In this document: positions 28,182-41,140 of the stretch, in pieces
Layout: each line of letters begins with the position of its first letter
Numbering within the stretch: the first letter of the stretch is position 1
From: Lama glama
Lineage: Eukaryota
Assembly (NCBI GenBank): GCA_028534125.1
Contig: CM052818.1
Location: 24,492,001 to 24,556,000, forward strand
DNA length: 64,000 nucleotides
Direction: 5' to 3'
The notes under the pieces: model-generated
The model's database searches: none
What the model saw: only the letters and a program-made list of their open reading frames with translations
What the model was told of the DNA's origin: nothing
Program-made: the position numbers and the translations under genes

Positions 28182-31100
28182 AAAATCCAGCAGGACTGTA
28201 TCTTAATAAATATTTATTTCATGTTCTAGCAGTCAACTTATATGCTGTATATGCTGCTATAAATTGTAAGTTTTAGTTACGTAAACATTAAATAGAACTC
28301 TGAAAGGAGATCGTGGATAGGTGTCCGATATTACAACCTTTCTGTTCACACAATAAACTTCTATTTTCCAAAAATGAATATTGGAAAATTAATGTTCATA
28401 CACTGTACATATTCTGTACATATTTTAGAGTGGAGCTGAAGAAGCCATAAGTGGAAAGATGGTTATAATCAAGTGACCTAACTTCCCTCATTTGCAAAAA
28501 TGGAAAGATTACAGTAGCACCTTACATTTGAAATTGCTTCAGTGTAAAAAGTTTTTTTCATAGACATTATTTCATTTGTTTTTCATGTCAATGCTCATTT
28601 TACATTTGATGAAACTGAAGTTTGGAGAGAGAAAGTGACTTGAACAAGGTCATGCTGCTAAAAACTATTGTATCTTTATATAAATATGTTTATATTTTTC
28701 TGTATACTTATAGCTCTATTTACAGCTAAAAGCTATAAATCTATGTTGTGAATAAAAATTTAGATGTCTTTTATGTCCCGTCTACCTACCAGATTCTCTG
28801 AACAAAAAGTGCAGACTTTCTAGAGAAGTTAAAAATAGAGAATTCATAGCACAAATCCTGAAAACAGTAAGCTTTCCCTATGAGAAGATTATGTCTGCAT
28901 CAAAAGCTGATATAATGGCGAGGATTTGCTTTTTGAGCCCTAACTGGGACTGCATACAATCCATAACAAAATCAAAAATCAAAAAAAAAGTACACAAAGC
29001 CTACTTATAGATTTTCCCCTATAATCAATGTGTACTTTAAATGCAGCTCATCAGCCAGATCCCTGTAATTAATCCCCAAATTGCTCCCCAAGTACTTTAT
29101 CACTATGTTTGGTCTAGTGGTTTAGTTTTGTTAAACAGTGTCATCATTTGCATTCTGTAAACCTGCTCTGGTCCTATAAAGTCTAACTGGGGAAAACTTC
29201 CACTACCAGCAAGAAACATAAAAGGGAGCGGGGTAGGGGGAACCCAAACACATTTTCAGTTCAAAGCCAATAAACTCCATTCTGCTCTTGGTTAATTTTG
29301 ATTTTGAGCTTTAAATTGCTGGTATCAATCAGAAGCTTAATTGTCTTCTTGCTGATTTTCTCCGTGATGATTACCTATAGAGTGCCTTGGGTCCCTTCTA
29401 TTAAGAATATGAGCTCCAAATCTCACTGGCTGGTGCGGTTTTAAACTAAGTGGAATACCTGGAAAAGATTAAAACATCCAAATAAATGTGGCCCTGCGAA
29501 GTTCAGTGCGAGTCCACAGTCAGTGAGTCATTGTGTTTTGCAGAGTATAAAGCATCCGCAGAAAGCAGGGGGCATATTGAGGCCCTTGATACTTTGCTGG
29601 TAATAACTTGATTCCTAGTTTACATCGGTTTTAATTTTTATCTGTTTGTGATTAGACACTCAGGAAGTATTTCGCCACATAGAGGCACACTACTTGGAGC
29701 AATTACAGGCTTGCGGCATTGTGGCAAAGCTAATTTCTTCCATAATTACTCCCTTTGAATTAAGAAAATGGGGTCTCTTCAAAATTAGAAGTATATTTTA
29801 AATGGAAAAAGTGCACACGATTATTGACTATTCTCATCTCAGTGCAAATAGATCATCAGGTCCCTTATCTAGTGGTTGATAGGGGCGCCCCGTGACTCTT
29901 GACGAAAGAAGGAGGAAGAGACAAATGCAAAGATGGACACCTGCTAAATGTGGTGCCCAGAAGACTTGGGATACAAGTAAGACATGGGTTGGCTTTTATT
30001 CATTCTTTATTTAATGTTTCTGGGGGTGTTCTTGTCCCATCAAAGACACCAGGTCATAATTCTGTTCAGCCATTCTTAGCAAAAGAAGTCCATGTTGTTT
30101 CCGTTGTATGGGCCATTAATTTATAAAGCATCCATCAGCAGGACAGACAATGATGAAAAGGCAGTGAGTTAACAAAGAAAACCATGCAGTGCCTTCTGTT
30201 ATCAGCATCAGTTTTTACTTCGTTAATAAAGAGAGCGAAAGGAAAGATATTCTATGAAGCGTGGTGAATTGGATTTCAGCAGCACCCGAGAAGAAAAAGA
30301 CTAGGAAAATTGAAGAGTAAATGAATGAATACCAGGTGTGGATTTCCAGTTTTGGAGATGAGTTTTAATTCTGATTCTGGCATCCACTAGCTTTGAGGTG
30401 TTGTCCAATTACAGTGCATCTCAGTTTGCTCAGATGAGAGGTGAACAGGGAGATTTCTATGACCAAGGAGTAAGAGACTGTTCTGGACTGGAGAGTGAAG
30501 TGTTTGGGAAAGGAACGGCTGAATTTGAGAGGAAAATGACTAATGCTATTTTGATGACAAACTTGGGAATGGGTGATTAGTAGACGGACACTAATCACTG
30601 GTGTTTGCGTGTGATTTAGCATGAGGAACTCTCTGTTACAGAATCAGCAGACACTTAGCCAGGTGGCCAGAATGGCCTTCTAGTGGAATGACATTGGCAA
30701 ATAATTCTTGAAGAATTTTTCAGCAAAATCAGCCAAAAGGTTAGTAATGACCAAGGAGAGAATTTCTCCTTTTCAAAAAGGATGTACACATTCTCCATAG
30801 AGTAGAATTCAGACAAGAATTTCAATAAAGACCAACAGAAGGAGGAAAAGAAGGTACCACCTAGGTTAGGAGTCTGGGATGGGGCCCAAGCATGTAAAGA
30901 GGACTGTAGGAAAAAGCAGCATTCACCTCTCAGATATCTAATCCCAGAAGCCCATCTGCAAGAAAGCACCAAAAGTCCATAATATTTTTGGCTTGTTTTA
31001 GTTATCCCCCCCCCATAAATTATAGGTCAGTCTATTTAGATAGGAATAGTAGAGAGAAAAAATGGCCCACAATCCATTATTATAATCCATTATTACATAT

Positions 31101-31596
31101 ATCTATAAAGATATAGTTAGTTACATTATTGTAAAGACATTTCATGGAACATCTTGTGCCATTTAAAAGGAGATTTTTTTTATGTCATGGGAAATGTCCA
31201 AAATACAACATGAAGTGAAAAATCATGACATCAAATTTTATTTATACACACCCACACTTAGATACACACATAGTGTGGTCCAAATTATGCAACTGTGTAT
31301 TTTAAAAGCTGAAAGCAAACATTTTTAAAAGTTAAATGGTGATCTCTAGTAGCAGGCTTATGGATGATTTTTATTTCTATGCCTTCATTTCTGCATGGGT
31401 CATATTCACAACAGTGAACAAGTATTATATTAATAAGCAGAAAAAACACTTTAAGAAAAATAACACAAATTATCTGAAAGCAATTTGTATTATTTTAATT
31501 GTTTTTAGTGAAAAAGAGCTCATGACGTAAACTTGCTGCTACAAACTTGTTCATTCTGTCAACTTACATGTTTCACATGAACAGGGGCAGTAGTCT

Positions 31597-32044
31597 TGTT
31601 ACCGAAGGCAAGTTCGTGTGCCTGACACACCATGAGGCCAAACAAACGGAAAGATTGGAGTTTGGAGCAGAGAACGGTTTACTGCAGGGTTGAGAAAGAG
31701 GGGCGGGGTGGTTTGTGCCCGAGAAAACTCTGAACTCCTTGAAGGGTTTCAGCAAAGCGTATTTGAAGGCCAGGTAAGGAAGAGGGACGCAGGGTACGTG
31801 ATCAACTGTGCACAATCCTCTGGTTGATGTTGTGGTAACACTGTCGACCCCCGAGGCACCAGAAGGTCTGGAGGCCACGTGCTCATGATCATAATTTCTT
31901 CCATGTGGTGATGATTTTTAGCATCTGAAAAACTCAGGAAATATACACGAGATAGTGTTATCTGGGTACTTCATAGGGGAGTGACAGCAGAGGGTATGGT
32001 GGGGGTGGTCCTGGGAAGGCTCCACAGGGTCCTGCTTGGCTACA
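31597..32044 (-). mobile_element. Solo LTR (ERV1-type), 448 bp
   Basis: TGTTACCG...GGCTACA termini; perfect 4-bp TSD GTCT at 31593-31596 and 32045-32048. Confidence 0.85.
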
Positions 32045-32239
32045 GTCTGTCCAGAATCAAGTTTTGCCTAGGTTATTAGGAAAAGCATAATCTCAAGATA
32101 CATAGAAAAATTTTGATTTAAAAAAATATGTGTTATTGATTTCTCCTAAACTACCCCTTGATATCAGTATATTAGCTTTACTGAAATACTTTAGCTCCTA
32201 GTCCCTTTTCTCCTTGCTCTCCATAACACTTATGATAAC

Positions 32240-32690
32240 CATCACTTACCGAGCGCTTTCTACGTGCCAGGTCCTGCTCTGTTTCCCCATATAATCCCCT
32301 GAACAACCTCATGATTGAGATATAATTATTCCAGTTTTTACGGATGAGGGAACCAAGGCAGGGATGAGTTCATCTGCATGAGCTACAGGCAGTTCAATCC
32401 CAAGAGTCCAGTTCTTAACTTGATCCGACATTGCTCATAGTCAGAATAGACACAGCTAAGATTCATGTAGCCCTTAATGTGTGCCAGGCTCTGCACAGAG
32501 CATTTTATAAGTGTCTAAGTATAATTACATATGTATAAATCTCACAATTTATTTGCGGCAATCAGATGAGATGAATACTATTTGTATAATTACTTTTCAG
32601 AGCAGGAGCCTTAGAAAGAGTAAGCAACTCATACAGGTGCAGATAGTAAATGGCAGCGTGGGAGTTTTGCAACCTGAGCCCCTTCCTCAA
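32240..32690 (-). mobile_element. MIR-like relics (two degraded pieces)
   Basis: CACTTACCGAGCGCTTTCTACGTGCCAGG, TTTTACGGATGAGGGAACCAAGGC and ATGTGTGCCAGGCTCTG. Confidence 0.6.
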
Positions 32691-33439
32691 GACAGCCTTT
32701 CAGGAGGTCATTTTTTCCCCACCAGTACTGCAGAACCACTTAGAGCCATGGTCATGGTTACAGGGACCTGATTAGCCTTAATAATTATGTTACTTATAGA
32801 AATAAATGAACATTGGAATAGCTTAATAGACTTCCTGGAGAGCCTCCTTCATGAAGCCTTCCAGATAAACAAACCTGAACCCAACCTGCCTTTCCAACTG
32901 TGTAAGTTCTCAGTAAATATTATTTATTTTATTCTGTAAACCATTGGCCTCCCTGTGACATGCAAAACTAAAATCCAAACATGTTTATAGAATATATAGT
33001 GTCAGGGAGAAGGAAAAATTTCCTCCCCTCTTCTAGGTTTTTCTGGCTGGTGTAAGAATTAAATTGACATGAGATAGATTAACAGGAGAAAATCAAATTT
33101 AATTTCATACATACAGAAATCCAACATGCACAAGAGGGTCAGAGATCCCACGTACATGAGAGGTTCAGAGACAGAAAGGTAAAATGAGGTATAAATGCCA
33201 TCCTGAACTAGGGAATGGACCAGAGGCCTGGGGCTTCCAAGGTTAGGAGGGTCATTCACAGGACAAGAAGGAGAAGATGTTTGGTAATTAGATCTTTGCC
33301 CAGCCATACTGATAGGGCCATTTAGATAAAATTTTTCTCTGGTAATAACTCTTTTTCTGGGAAAAATCCTCAATTTAAATTCTTCTAGGTAGTTAGGGGA
33401 AGAACAGTAGTTTCTCTTGTATCCATAAGATTTTTTTTT

Positions 33440-34235
33440 CATATTATTATTCTTTTTTTTATTTATTTTTATTTTTTTATTTTTTTTATTTTTAACATTT
33501 TTATTGATTCATAATCATTTTACAGTGTTGTGTCAAATTCCATTGTTCAGCCCAATTTTTCAGTCATACATGGACATATACACACTCATTGTCACATTTT
33601 TTTCTCTGTGATTTATCNNNNNNNNNNNNNNNNNNNNNNNNNNNNNNNNNNNNNNNNNNNNNNNNNNNNNNNNNNNNNNNNNNNNNNNNNNNNNNNNNNN
33701 NNNNNNNNNNNNNNNNNNNNNNNNNNNNNNNNNNNNNNNNNNNNNNNNNNNNNNNNNNNNNNNNNNNNNNNNNNNNNNNNNNNNNNNNNNNNNNNNNNNN
33801 NNNNNNNNNNNNNNNNNNNNNNNNNNNNNNNNNNNNNNNNNNNNNNNNNNNNNNNNNNNNNNNNNNNNNNNNNNNNNNNNNNNNNNNNNNNNNNNNNNNN
33901 NNNNNNNNNNNNNNNNNNNNNNNNNNNNNNNNNNNNNNNNNNNNNNNNNNNNNNNNNNNNNNNNNNNNNNNNNNNNNNNNNNNNNNNNNNNNNNNNNNNN
34001 NNNNNNNNNNNNNNNNNNNNNNNNNNNNNNNNNNNNNNNNNNNNNNNNNNNNNNNNNNNNNNNNNNNNNNNNNNNNNNNNNNNNNNNNNNNNNNNNNNNN
34101 NNNNNNNNNNNNNNNNNATTGGGTTGTTTATTTTTTTCTTATTGAGTCGTATGAGCTGCTTATATATTTTGGAGATCAAGCCTTTGTCGGTTTCACTTGC
34201 AAAAATTTTCTCCCATTCTGTAGGTTTTCTTCTTG
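33440..34235 (-). mobile_element. Young truncated L1 spanning the assembly gap
   Basis: 3' UTR like 16564-16841; the reverse frame ISKIYKQLIRLNKKKINNP is L1 ORF2; TSD AAGATTTTTTTTT at 33427-33439 and 34236-34248. Confidence 0.85.
33618..34117. other. Assembly gap (500 N)
   Basis: Run of N. Confidence 1.
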
Positions 34236-34239
34236 AAGA

Positions 34240-34810
34240 TTTTTTTTTTAATTGAAGTACAATCAGTTACAATGTGTCAATTTCTGGTGTACAGTACAAG
34301 GTCTCAGTCGTGCATATATATACATCTATTCATCTTCATATTCTTTTTCATTAAAGGTTATTATAAGATATTGAATCTAGTTCCCTGTGCTATACAGAAG
34401 AAATTTGTTTTTTTAATCTATTTTTACATATAGTGGTTAACCTTTGCAAATCTCAAACTCCAAATTTATGCCTTCCCACCCTTTTTCCCCCAGTAACCAT
34501 AAAGTTGTTTACTATGTCTGCAAGTCTGCTTCTGTTTTGTAGATGAGTCCATTAGTGTTCTCTTTTTTCTTTCTTTCTTTTTCTTCTTTTTTTTTTCTTT
34601 CTTTTTCTTCTTTTTTTTTTAGATTCCACATATGAGTGATATTATATGGTATTTTTCTTTCTCTTTCTGGCTTACTTCACTTAGAATGATGATCTCCAGG
34701 TCCATCTGTGTTGCTGCAAAAGGCATTATTTTATTCTTTTTTATTGCTGAGTAGTATTCCATCGTATAAATATACTACAACTTCTTTATCCAGTCATCTG
34801 TCAATGGACA
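34240..34810 (-). mobile_element. Older L1 3' end
   Basis: TTTTAATTGAAGTAC...CTTACTTCACTTAGAATGATGATCTCCAGGTCCATC...CAGTCATCTGTCAATGGACA. Confidence 0.88.
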
Positions 34811-37800
34811 TTGAACCCATAGGGTCTTGATTGCCTTTAGCTCAAAATGATCCTCATGCAACAGTGGAGAGGCTCGTTCTGAACCCCTCCAATTGTATGC
34901 AGACATAAGGATTGATTGCTTAATCTAATGTAGAATAGCAATAAAATATTAGACATGGAAAAGAAATGTGAGATATAAAATCAGCATCAATTCGTTGATT
35001 TAGCTTAGCTATGTCCAAGGAAATTTCTAGCATCCTGTCTTTTATAATATTTTATATGAATACATGCAGAGAGAGATTGACTTGCCATTGAATATTTTGT
35101 GGCTACGGAGAAAGGCAAGGAAGGAGAGAAAAGAGAAAAGAATATGAATTTAAAAACTTAAGAAAGCTCCGCTTCATTTCTTGGTGTTCTATTTTTAAAG
35201 CTGGCCTCTTTCTAATAGAGAAGCTTTCAGCACATTCTAGCTGCTGTCCTGTAACGTTAAGAGTGAAATCATTCCATTGCTTTCCAGGCAAACTCTTTAC
35301 TTCGAACAAAGCATCCTGACAAAGGAGGAAGGACCAAAGGTATAAATAATCTCTGGAGAGAGTCTAATGACAACCCAGGAATGTTGAAAATGTTCAAGGT
35401 GAAGAGAGCTTTTGAAAAGGATAGGAAACTATTTCTTTGAGATTCACCAGCATCAATTTCACTGAATTCTAAAGTCTTATAAAGGGCAGTGGCACACTGA
35501 TTACTTCACAGAAGTTTCTAAAACTGAACAGAAGATGTTTATGTGTTCAGTTTGTAGAAAAGGTGCCCAATGTCATGTACTCTTAGCATTTTCCTCGGCT
35601 TTGAGGAATTTGTTAAAACAACTTCTTTCTAGGGAATTTGACCTTTTTCATTCCCTTCAAGGACTACAGTAAAGATCTCAGATTACAGACAAACAGTCCT
35701 AACAAGGTAAGGAATCAGTTTTAGGTTGGTGAGAATCATCCATTATTTTGTTAAAAGTGCCCCTCTCCTGGAACTTGCATAATATCAATATCATTAAACA
35801 ATAAAAAAAAATCTAGACTAAGATCTATTTTTATGTGTTTCAACATGGTGCCCATGCTTGATCCGCTTTGCTTTTCACTGAATTGACAAACTGTCTTCAG
35901 TGTGCACATTTAGCTAACAAATCTAGGATCCTTACTTTCCCGCTTCCTTTTTGTTGTTGTTGTTTTCTTTTTCTCTTTTTTCCCCCTTTTTCAGTTTTAT
36001 TAGGTAGAATTATTACAGTTCAACTGCACATACACATTATATTGCATGTAAATACATATATTCAGTCTATTGCACATTTTTTTTAGTTTACATATGTGTG
36101 CTGATCATTGTTTCTAAGAACAGATTAGAGCTTTAGCTTTTTAAACTCACATAGTTATCAGAGGAATAAAGCCAACACAAAACAAGAATCAACAGTACAT
36201 TCCCCTTCTTAAGACTGAAGCATACTGGTGGCAGGGGAGTGAAGCAATGATAAGGTATACATTTTATATATTACAAAATTATGGTCATTTTGAAATACAT
36301 CCATATTATTTTCCCTCAGCAAACTTTACTCATGTGATTTTCACATTAGCCTACCATAATAGGATAGTACCTTGTGGTGAGCCAGGGGATACTAGAATTC
36401 CCAGAATACTATTTATTGGAACAATGCCTCTAAGATCCCTGCAGTGTCTTTCAAGTGGTCAACTGGTGTGCCTTCTAGGTACAGGAAGGTAGCTCATAGG
36501 TTTTTCTTTTGAGACTAAAGTTTACAATGAATTGCTAAAAAGAGAGAGACGCCCCCAGACGAATTACACTTGTTCCTGTTTTGCATTTGAACAAAGGAAT
36601 TGGCTGTCATTCAGATTCAAGAGTAAGCAGAGGAAAATAAAATAGAGACAGTTCTACTGGAAACTTCCCCCCTCCAACTCCAGTGCACTGTAAAACTCCC
36701 CTGGTATCCCCTGAGAACAGCAGGATTTGAGCTGCCCCTGCCCCTTGCCCTGCTTGAAGCAAAGATTTCAATTACCACTTGCTAATGCAAAGAGATCAGT
36801 GCACGGATGACAAGGCCTCCTGGAGAATTACTTTGGTTTAGCAACTTTAGCAGCTCTCATCTTTGGAGTCTATGGAAATGAAAGAATAGCACCATCCTGG
36901 TTTGTCAGGCTCTGCATCATAGCGGGACTCCAGGAAACGTACAAGGGCAGTCCCCTCTGTGTATCCAGCTAGCGTGGCAAGAGGACCTGTTGGGGCTGGG
37001 AATGCGAAGCTAACCCTGTCCTTCTTATGACCTCTGTGTCTTTCAGTTTAGAGTTCTGCTCCTGGAAACCCCATTATGTGAGATGTGATCCCAGGCTACA
37101 TCTGAGAGTGAATTTGAGGGCATTGCTTGTTACTCCACTGAGTATTTTCTGAGTCCCGCCTCCACTATCTGCCAACTGCCCCTTTGGGTGACTGGGTGAG
37201 GGTACAAATAGGAACTACAAAGTAAACAATTCCTTTTCAACTGATAATAGCAACTCTTCCTAACACATTACACTCCTCTGCAAAATGATTTGCATGCATT
37301 ATATTACTCGATCTTTGCAACAACCTGTGAAGTTTTCCTATCCACAGTTGGGGAGTGATGACACCCAATTACCCAATCATCCCATCCCAACACGTGAATG
37401 TTACAGTTGCTGGGAAGTGAGTTTTATGATCCCCATGTCATCGATGGCAACCTCAATGTGTAGAAAGATGCCAGAACTGGTCCACATACCTCAGCTAGAA
37501 AGTGGCAAAGTCAAGATACAAATCCAGGGTGATCTGAGTCCCAGCTGGGTGCCCTTGATGGTTCAGCAAAGGAAACACTAGATTTCAGTCATGATGTAGT
37601 CCCTCTTCTATGACCATCTTAGAAGGAAACCTTGAGCAAACTCCCGAGTGAATTCATGCCCAGAGTTCCTCACCAATAATCTGAAGATTATGTAAACATA
37701 TTACGAGAAATAATATGAAAAGCAGTGTGTTCTTATCCTATTTGGAATAGTAATTGGCTGGGGAGTTGATCTGGGTGGATTGCTTGCGGTAAATGATCGG

Positions 37801-38499
37801 AATACATGTGCGGGTCTTCTCTGACTCCTCCTTTCTTTCCCTAACTCCAAATCAACTCGCCAAGTCAAATTTTGAAGGGGGGAGAAAGCTTAAAACAGGC
37901 CAGAAATTTAAGCCAAGTGATACAAAGGCAAGCCGTAGCAAGCATATCTTTCCTAGTTCATAGAGAGAAATCAGTGCCAGCCAGGGCGCCCTAGCTGCTG
38001 TGATGTGAAGAGAGCTGTTGACTTGTAAGGCATCCTTACCTAACCTCTGATTAGAGTCCTTTCCTTTCCTTTTAAATGAATGCTGTGAAGGAAATGCTGC
38101 TTTGGATTTCTTTCCTAAGACTTTATACTTTGGGGAAAGGAAACCAGCCAAGGAAGCCAGGCCTGAGGTAACATCCACTGGAAGTGCTCAGCCTGTCAAA
38201 GAACCGCATCAATAGCGCTTGCTCCTGGGGGAGGCAGCCAGCCTCCTGCCCCGGGAAGGGGATGGACTGAGGGGGCGTGGAGCCGGCAGACACAGCTGTG
38301 GTATTTAGCTTTGATGGAGAGGGTTTTCACTGTCTCGGGGCCATGCAGCTCCCCAGGTGTCTGTTGGGCAGGACTAGCAAAATTTGAAAGTTTGAACTGA
38401 AAATTCACCCCAAACATTCTCACAATCTTTTCTTCCCCAAGGGAACGGCTTTTTCTAGACTATGATTTATCCCCAAGCTTTTTTTTCTTGATGGTTGTT

Positions 38500-39870
38500 G
38501 TATGTAATAACAGCTTTCTTGAGATACAATTCACATAGTAAAATTCACCTGTTTAAAATATGCAATTCAGTGGGTTTTGATAGATTCTCAGAATTGTGCA
38601 ACCATTGCTAGAATCGATTTTATATTTTCATTTCCCCCCAGATGAAGTCCCTTATTCACTATCAGTCACCCCTCATTTATTCACCGACCCCCAGCCCTAA
38701 TTAGGCAACTGCTGATGTACTTTCTTTGTCTATGGATTTGCCTGTTCTGGACTTTCCATAGAAATGGAATCATACGATGTCTGAACTTTTGTGTCTGGTT
38801 TCCCCCATTTAGCATAATGCTTTCAAGGTTCATCTAAGTATAGGGGAGGAAAAATAATTTTTCCTCTACCCTTTAGAGTTCTTGGCTAAGACCACATAAT
38901 AAAAGAGAGATTAACAAGAGAAAAACAAACAAGCTTATTAACATGTATACTTCATGTGTACATGGGAGCTCCCCCGGGAAAAATTAGTCATTCTCTGAGA
39001 TGGCTTCAGTGTAAGCTTAAATAGCATTTTAATAGAGCAAGAGGAGAAGGGAGGTAGGCCTCTTAGGGGCGAGGACATGATTTTTAGGAAACATGAATGG
39101 GTCTTTAGGACAATAGATGGGAGATGTGACAATTTGTGACAAAGTCTGTCTGGTGCCCACTTCTAGTCTTCTCTCCTGTGATGAGTCAGTTTCCCTGGTT
39201 GATGGAATTCCCAGGGAAGGAATTTATGACATCTGAGTTCCCTTTGGAGCCTCTGTCTTTAGGCAGATAGGAAGAGTTTACAGAAAGCCTCTGTCTCTGC
39301 ATTTGCTGTTTTTTAGGTGCCTCAGCTCAAAATAATCAATATCCTAAAGCAGTATGTTTTGGGCTGGCGCATTCTGCTACCCTTTAGTAGCATGTATCAG
39401 AAAATTCCATTCCTTTTTGTTACTGAGTAATATTCCATTGTGTGGTTGGTTATATCACATTTTGCTTATCCACCCATCAGCCAATGGACATTTAGATTGT
39501 ATCTAGCTTTTGACTATTATGAATAATGCTGCTCTGACCATTCATATGTAACTTTTTGTGTGAACATACATTTTTAAATCTCTTGAGTTCCACCCAGGAG
39601 TGGCATTGCTGGGTCATATGGTAACTCTCTCTTTTTAAACTTTTGAGGAACTGCTAGACTTTTCCAAAGCCACCACACCATTTGACATTCCACTAGCAGT
39701 GTGAGAGAGTTCCAGTTCCTCTGCATTCTCCACCACTCGCATTATGATCTGTCTTTTTGATTATAGCTATCTCCATAGGGGTGAGGTGGTATCTCATTGT
39801 GATTTTGATGTGCATTTCCCTGAAGACAATGATGCTGGCCATCTTCTCACATACTTATCAGCCATTGGGT
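38500..39870 (-). mobile_element. Old L1M-type 3' region interrupted by an LTR
   Basis: AACAGCTTTCTTGAGATACAATTCACATA...TTCAAGGTTCATC | GTAGCATGTATCAG...GGGTCATATGGTAACTCT...GTGGTATCTCATTGTGATTTTG. Confidence 0.8.
38840..39385 (-). mobile_element. ERV1-type solo LTR inserted in L1 (ends approximate)
   Basis: L1 text stops at ~38840 and resumes at ~39386; related to the 33000 LTR. Confidence 0.7.
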
Positions 39871-40307
39871 TCCCACGTCCTTTCAATGACATGGCTCAGA
39901 AGTGCCCTGAGAAAAGGGATATGAGGCCTGACTCTCTCCTATGTCAATTGAAATCCTTAGTTTTTCTGTTCTCCAAACCGAACGTCTGTTGTCTAAAAGT
40001 CTATTGCCAGAGTTCTCACCACTCTGAGAAGGAAATCACCCTGCATGAGTGTGAGCTCTGCTGCCTGCGTTCTTATGATGGAGTTTTCTCAGCTATTACC
40101 ACTAAGGTTGCTTGTGGAGAGCAGCGTTTCCTGAGAGGAGAAAAGAGCAAGCATATGTGCTCTATGTAATCCGAAAAAGAACTCCGGTGAGGGACAGAGT
40201 ACAATGTTCTCCCGCATTTCAGCCTAGATTGCAAATTAGATCTAAAGTTGAGTTTCAATCCTGACTTCCTCACAATGTTACCTATTCCTTATTTAATACA
40301 TTCTTTT

Positions 40308-40637
40308 TTTTTAATTGAAGTATAGTCAGTTTACAATGTTGTGTCAGTTTCTGGTATACAACATAATGTTCCAGTCATACATAACATACATATATTCGTT
40401 TTCATATTCTTTTTCATTATAGGTTACTACAAGATAATGAATATAGTTTTCTGTGCTATACAGTAGGACCTTATTGTATATCTATTTTATATGTAGTACT
40501 TAGTATCTGCAAATCTTGAACTCCAAATTTATCCCTTCCCACCCCTTTTCCCCACTGGTAACCATGAGTTTGTTGCCGATGTCTGTGAGTCTGCTTATGT
40601 TTTGTAAAAAAAAAAAAAAAAAGTCTTTTTTTTTTTA
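40308..40637 (-). mobile_element. Truncated L1 3' end
   Basis: Similar to 34240-34540; 13-bp TSD AATACATTCTTTT at 40295-40307 and 40638-40650. Confidence 0.88.
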
Positions 40638-40744
40638 AATACATTCTTTTACACATCAGGCCAGACCCACTGGCTCTCTATTAGCCAGTCCCCAGCCCCT
40701 GGCTACATTATTAGAGTCCCCTGTAAAACTTTTTAAAACTATAA

Positions 40745-41140
40745 GTAAAAAGTTTGTGGTTTCCAGGGGTTTGGGGAGAGGGAGGGAAAAATGAACAGAT
40801 AGAACATAGGAATTTTTAGGGCAATGAAATTATTCTGTATGATACTATAGTGGTGGCTGCATATCATTATGCATTTGACAAAACCCATAGAATGTACAAC
40901 ATCAAGAGTGAATCCTAATGTAAACTAAGGACTTTGGTTGATAATAATGTGTCCATGTTGGTTCATTGACTATACCAAATATGCCACACTGATGAGGGAT
41001 GTTGAGGGTAGGGGAGTGTATATGTGTGGGTGGGGAAGGCTATGTGTGAACTCTCTGTATTTTCTGCTTAATTCTGCTGTGAACCTGAAACTGCTCTAAA
41101 AAACTAAAGTCTATTAATAAAAAATAAATTTAAAAAAAAG
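40745..41140 (+). mobile_element. L1M 3'-UTR fragment inside a MER5-like DNA-transposon relic (~40695-41245)
   Basis: GTGGTTTCCAGGGG...TATTCTGTATGATACTATA...AACCCATAGAATGTACAAC...CTGTGAACCTGAAACTGCTCTAAAAA. Confidence 0.7.

Larger units (their letters stand above)
33000..34891 (-). mobile_element. ERV1-type solo LTR split by nested L1 insertions (LTR parts ~33000-33430 and ~34811-34891)
   Basis: TG...CA termini; ATAG/ATTG flanks; shares motifs (AGATTAACA.GAGAAAA, GCTCAAAAT) with the LTR at 38840-39385. Confidence 0.7.

Noticed and set aside
33530..34255. Long ORFs of 188-241 aa
   Set aside because: Artefacts of the 500-N gap within L1 sequence
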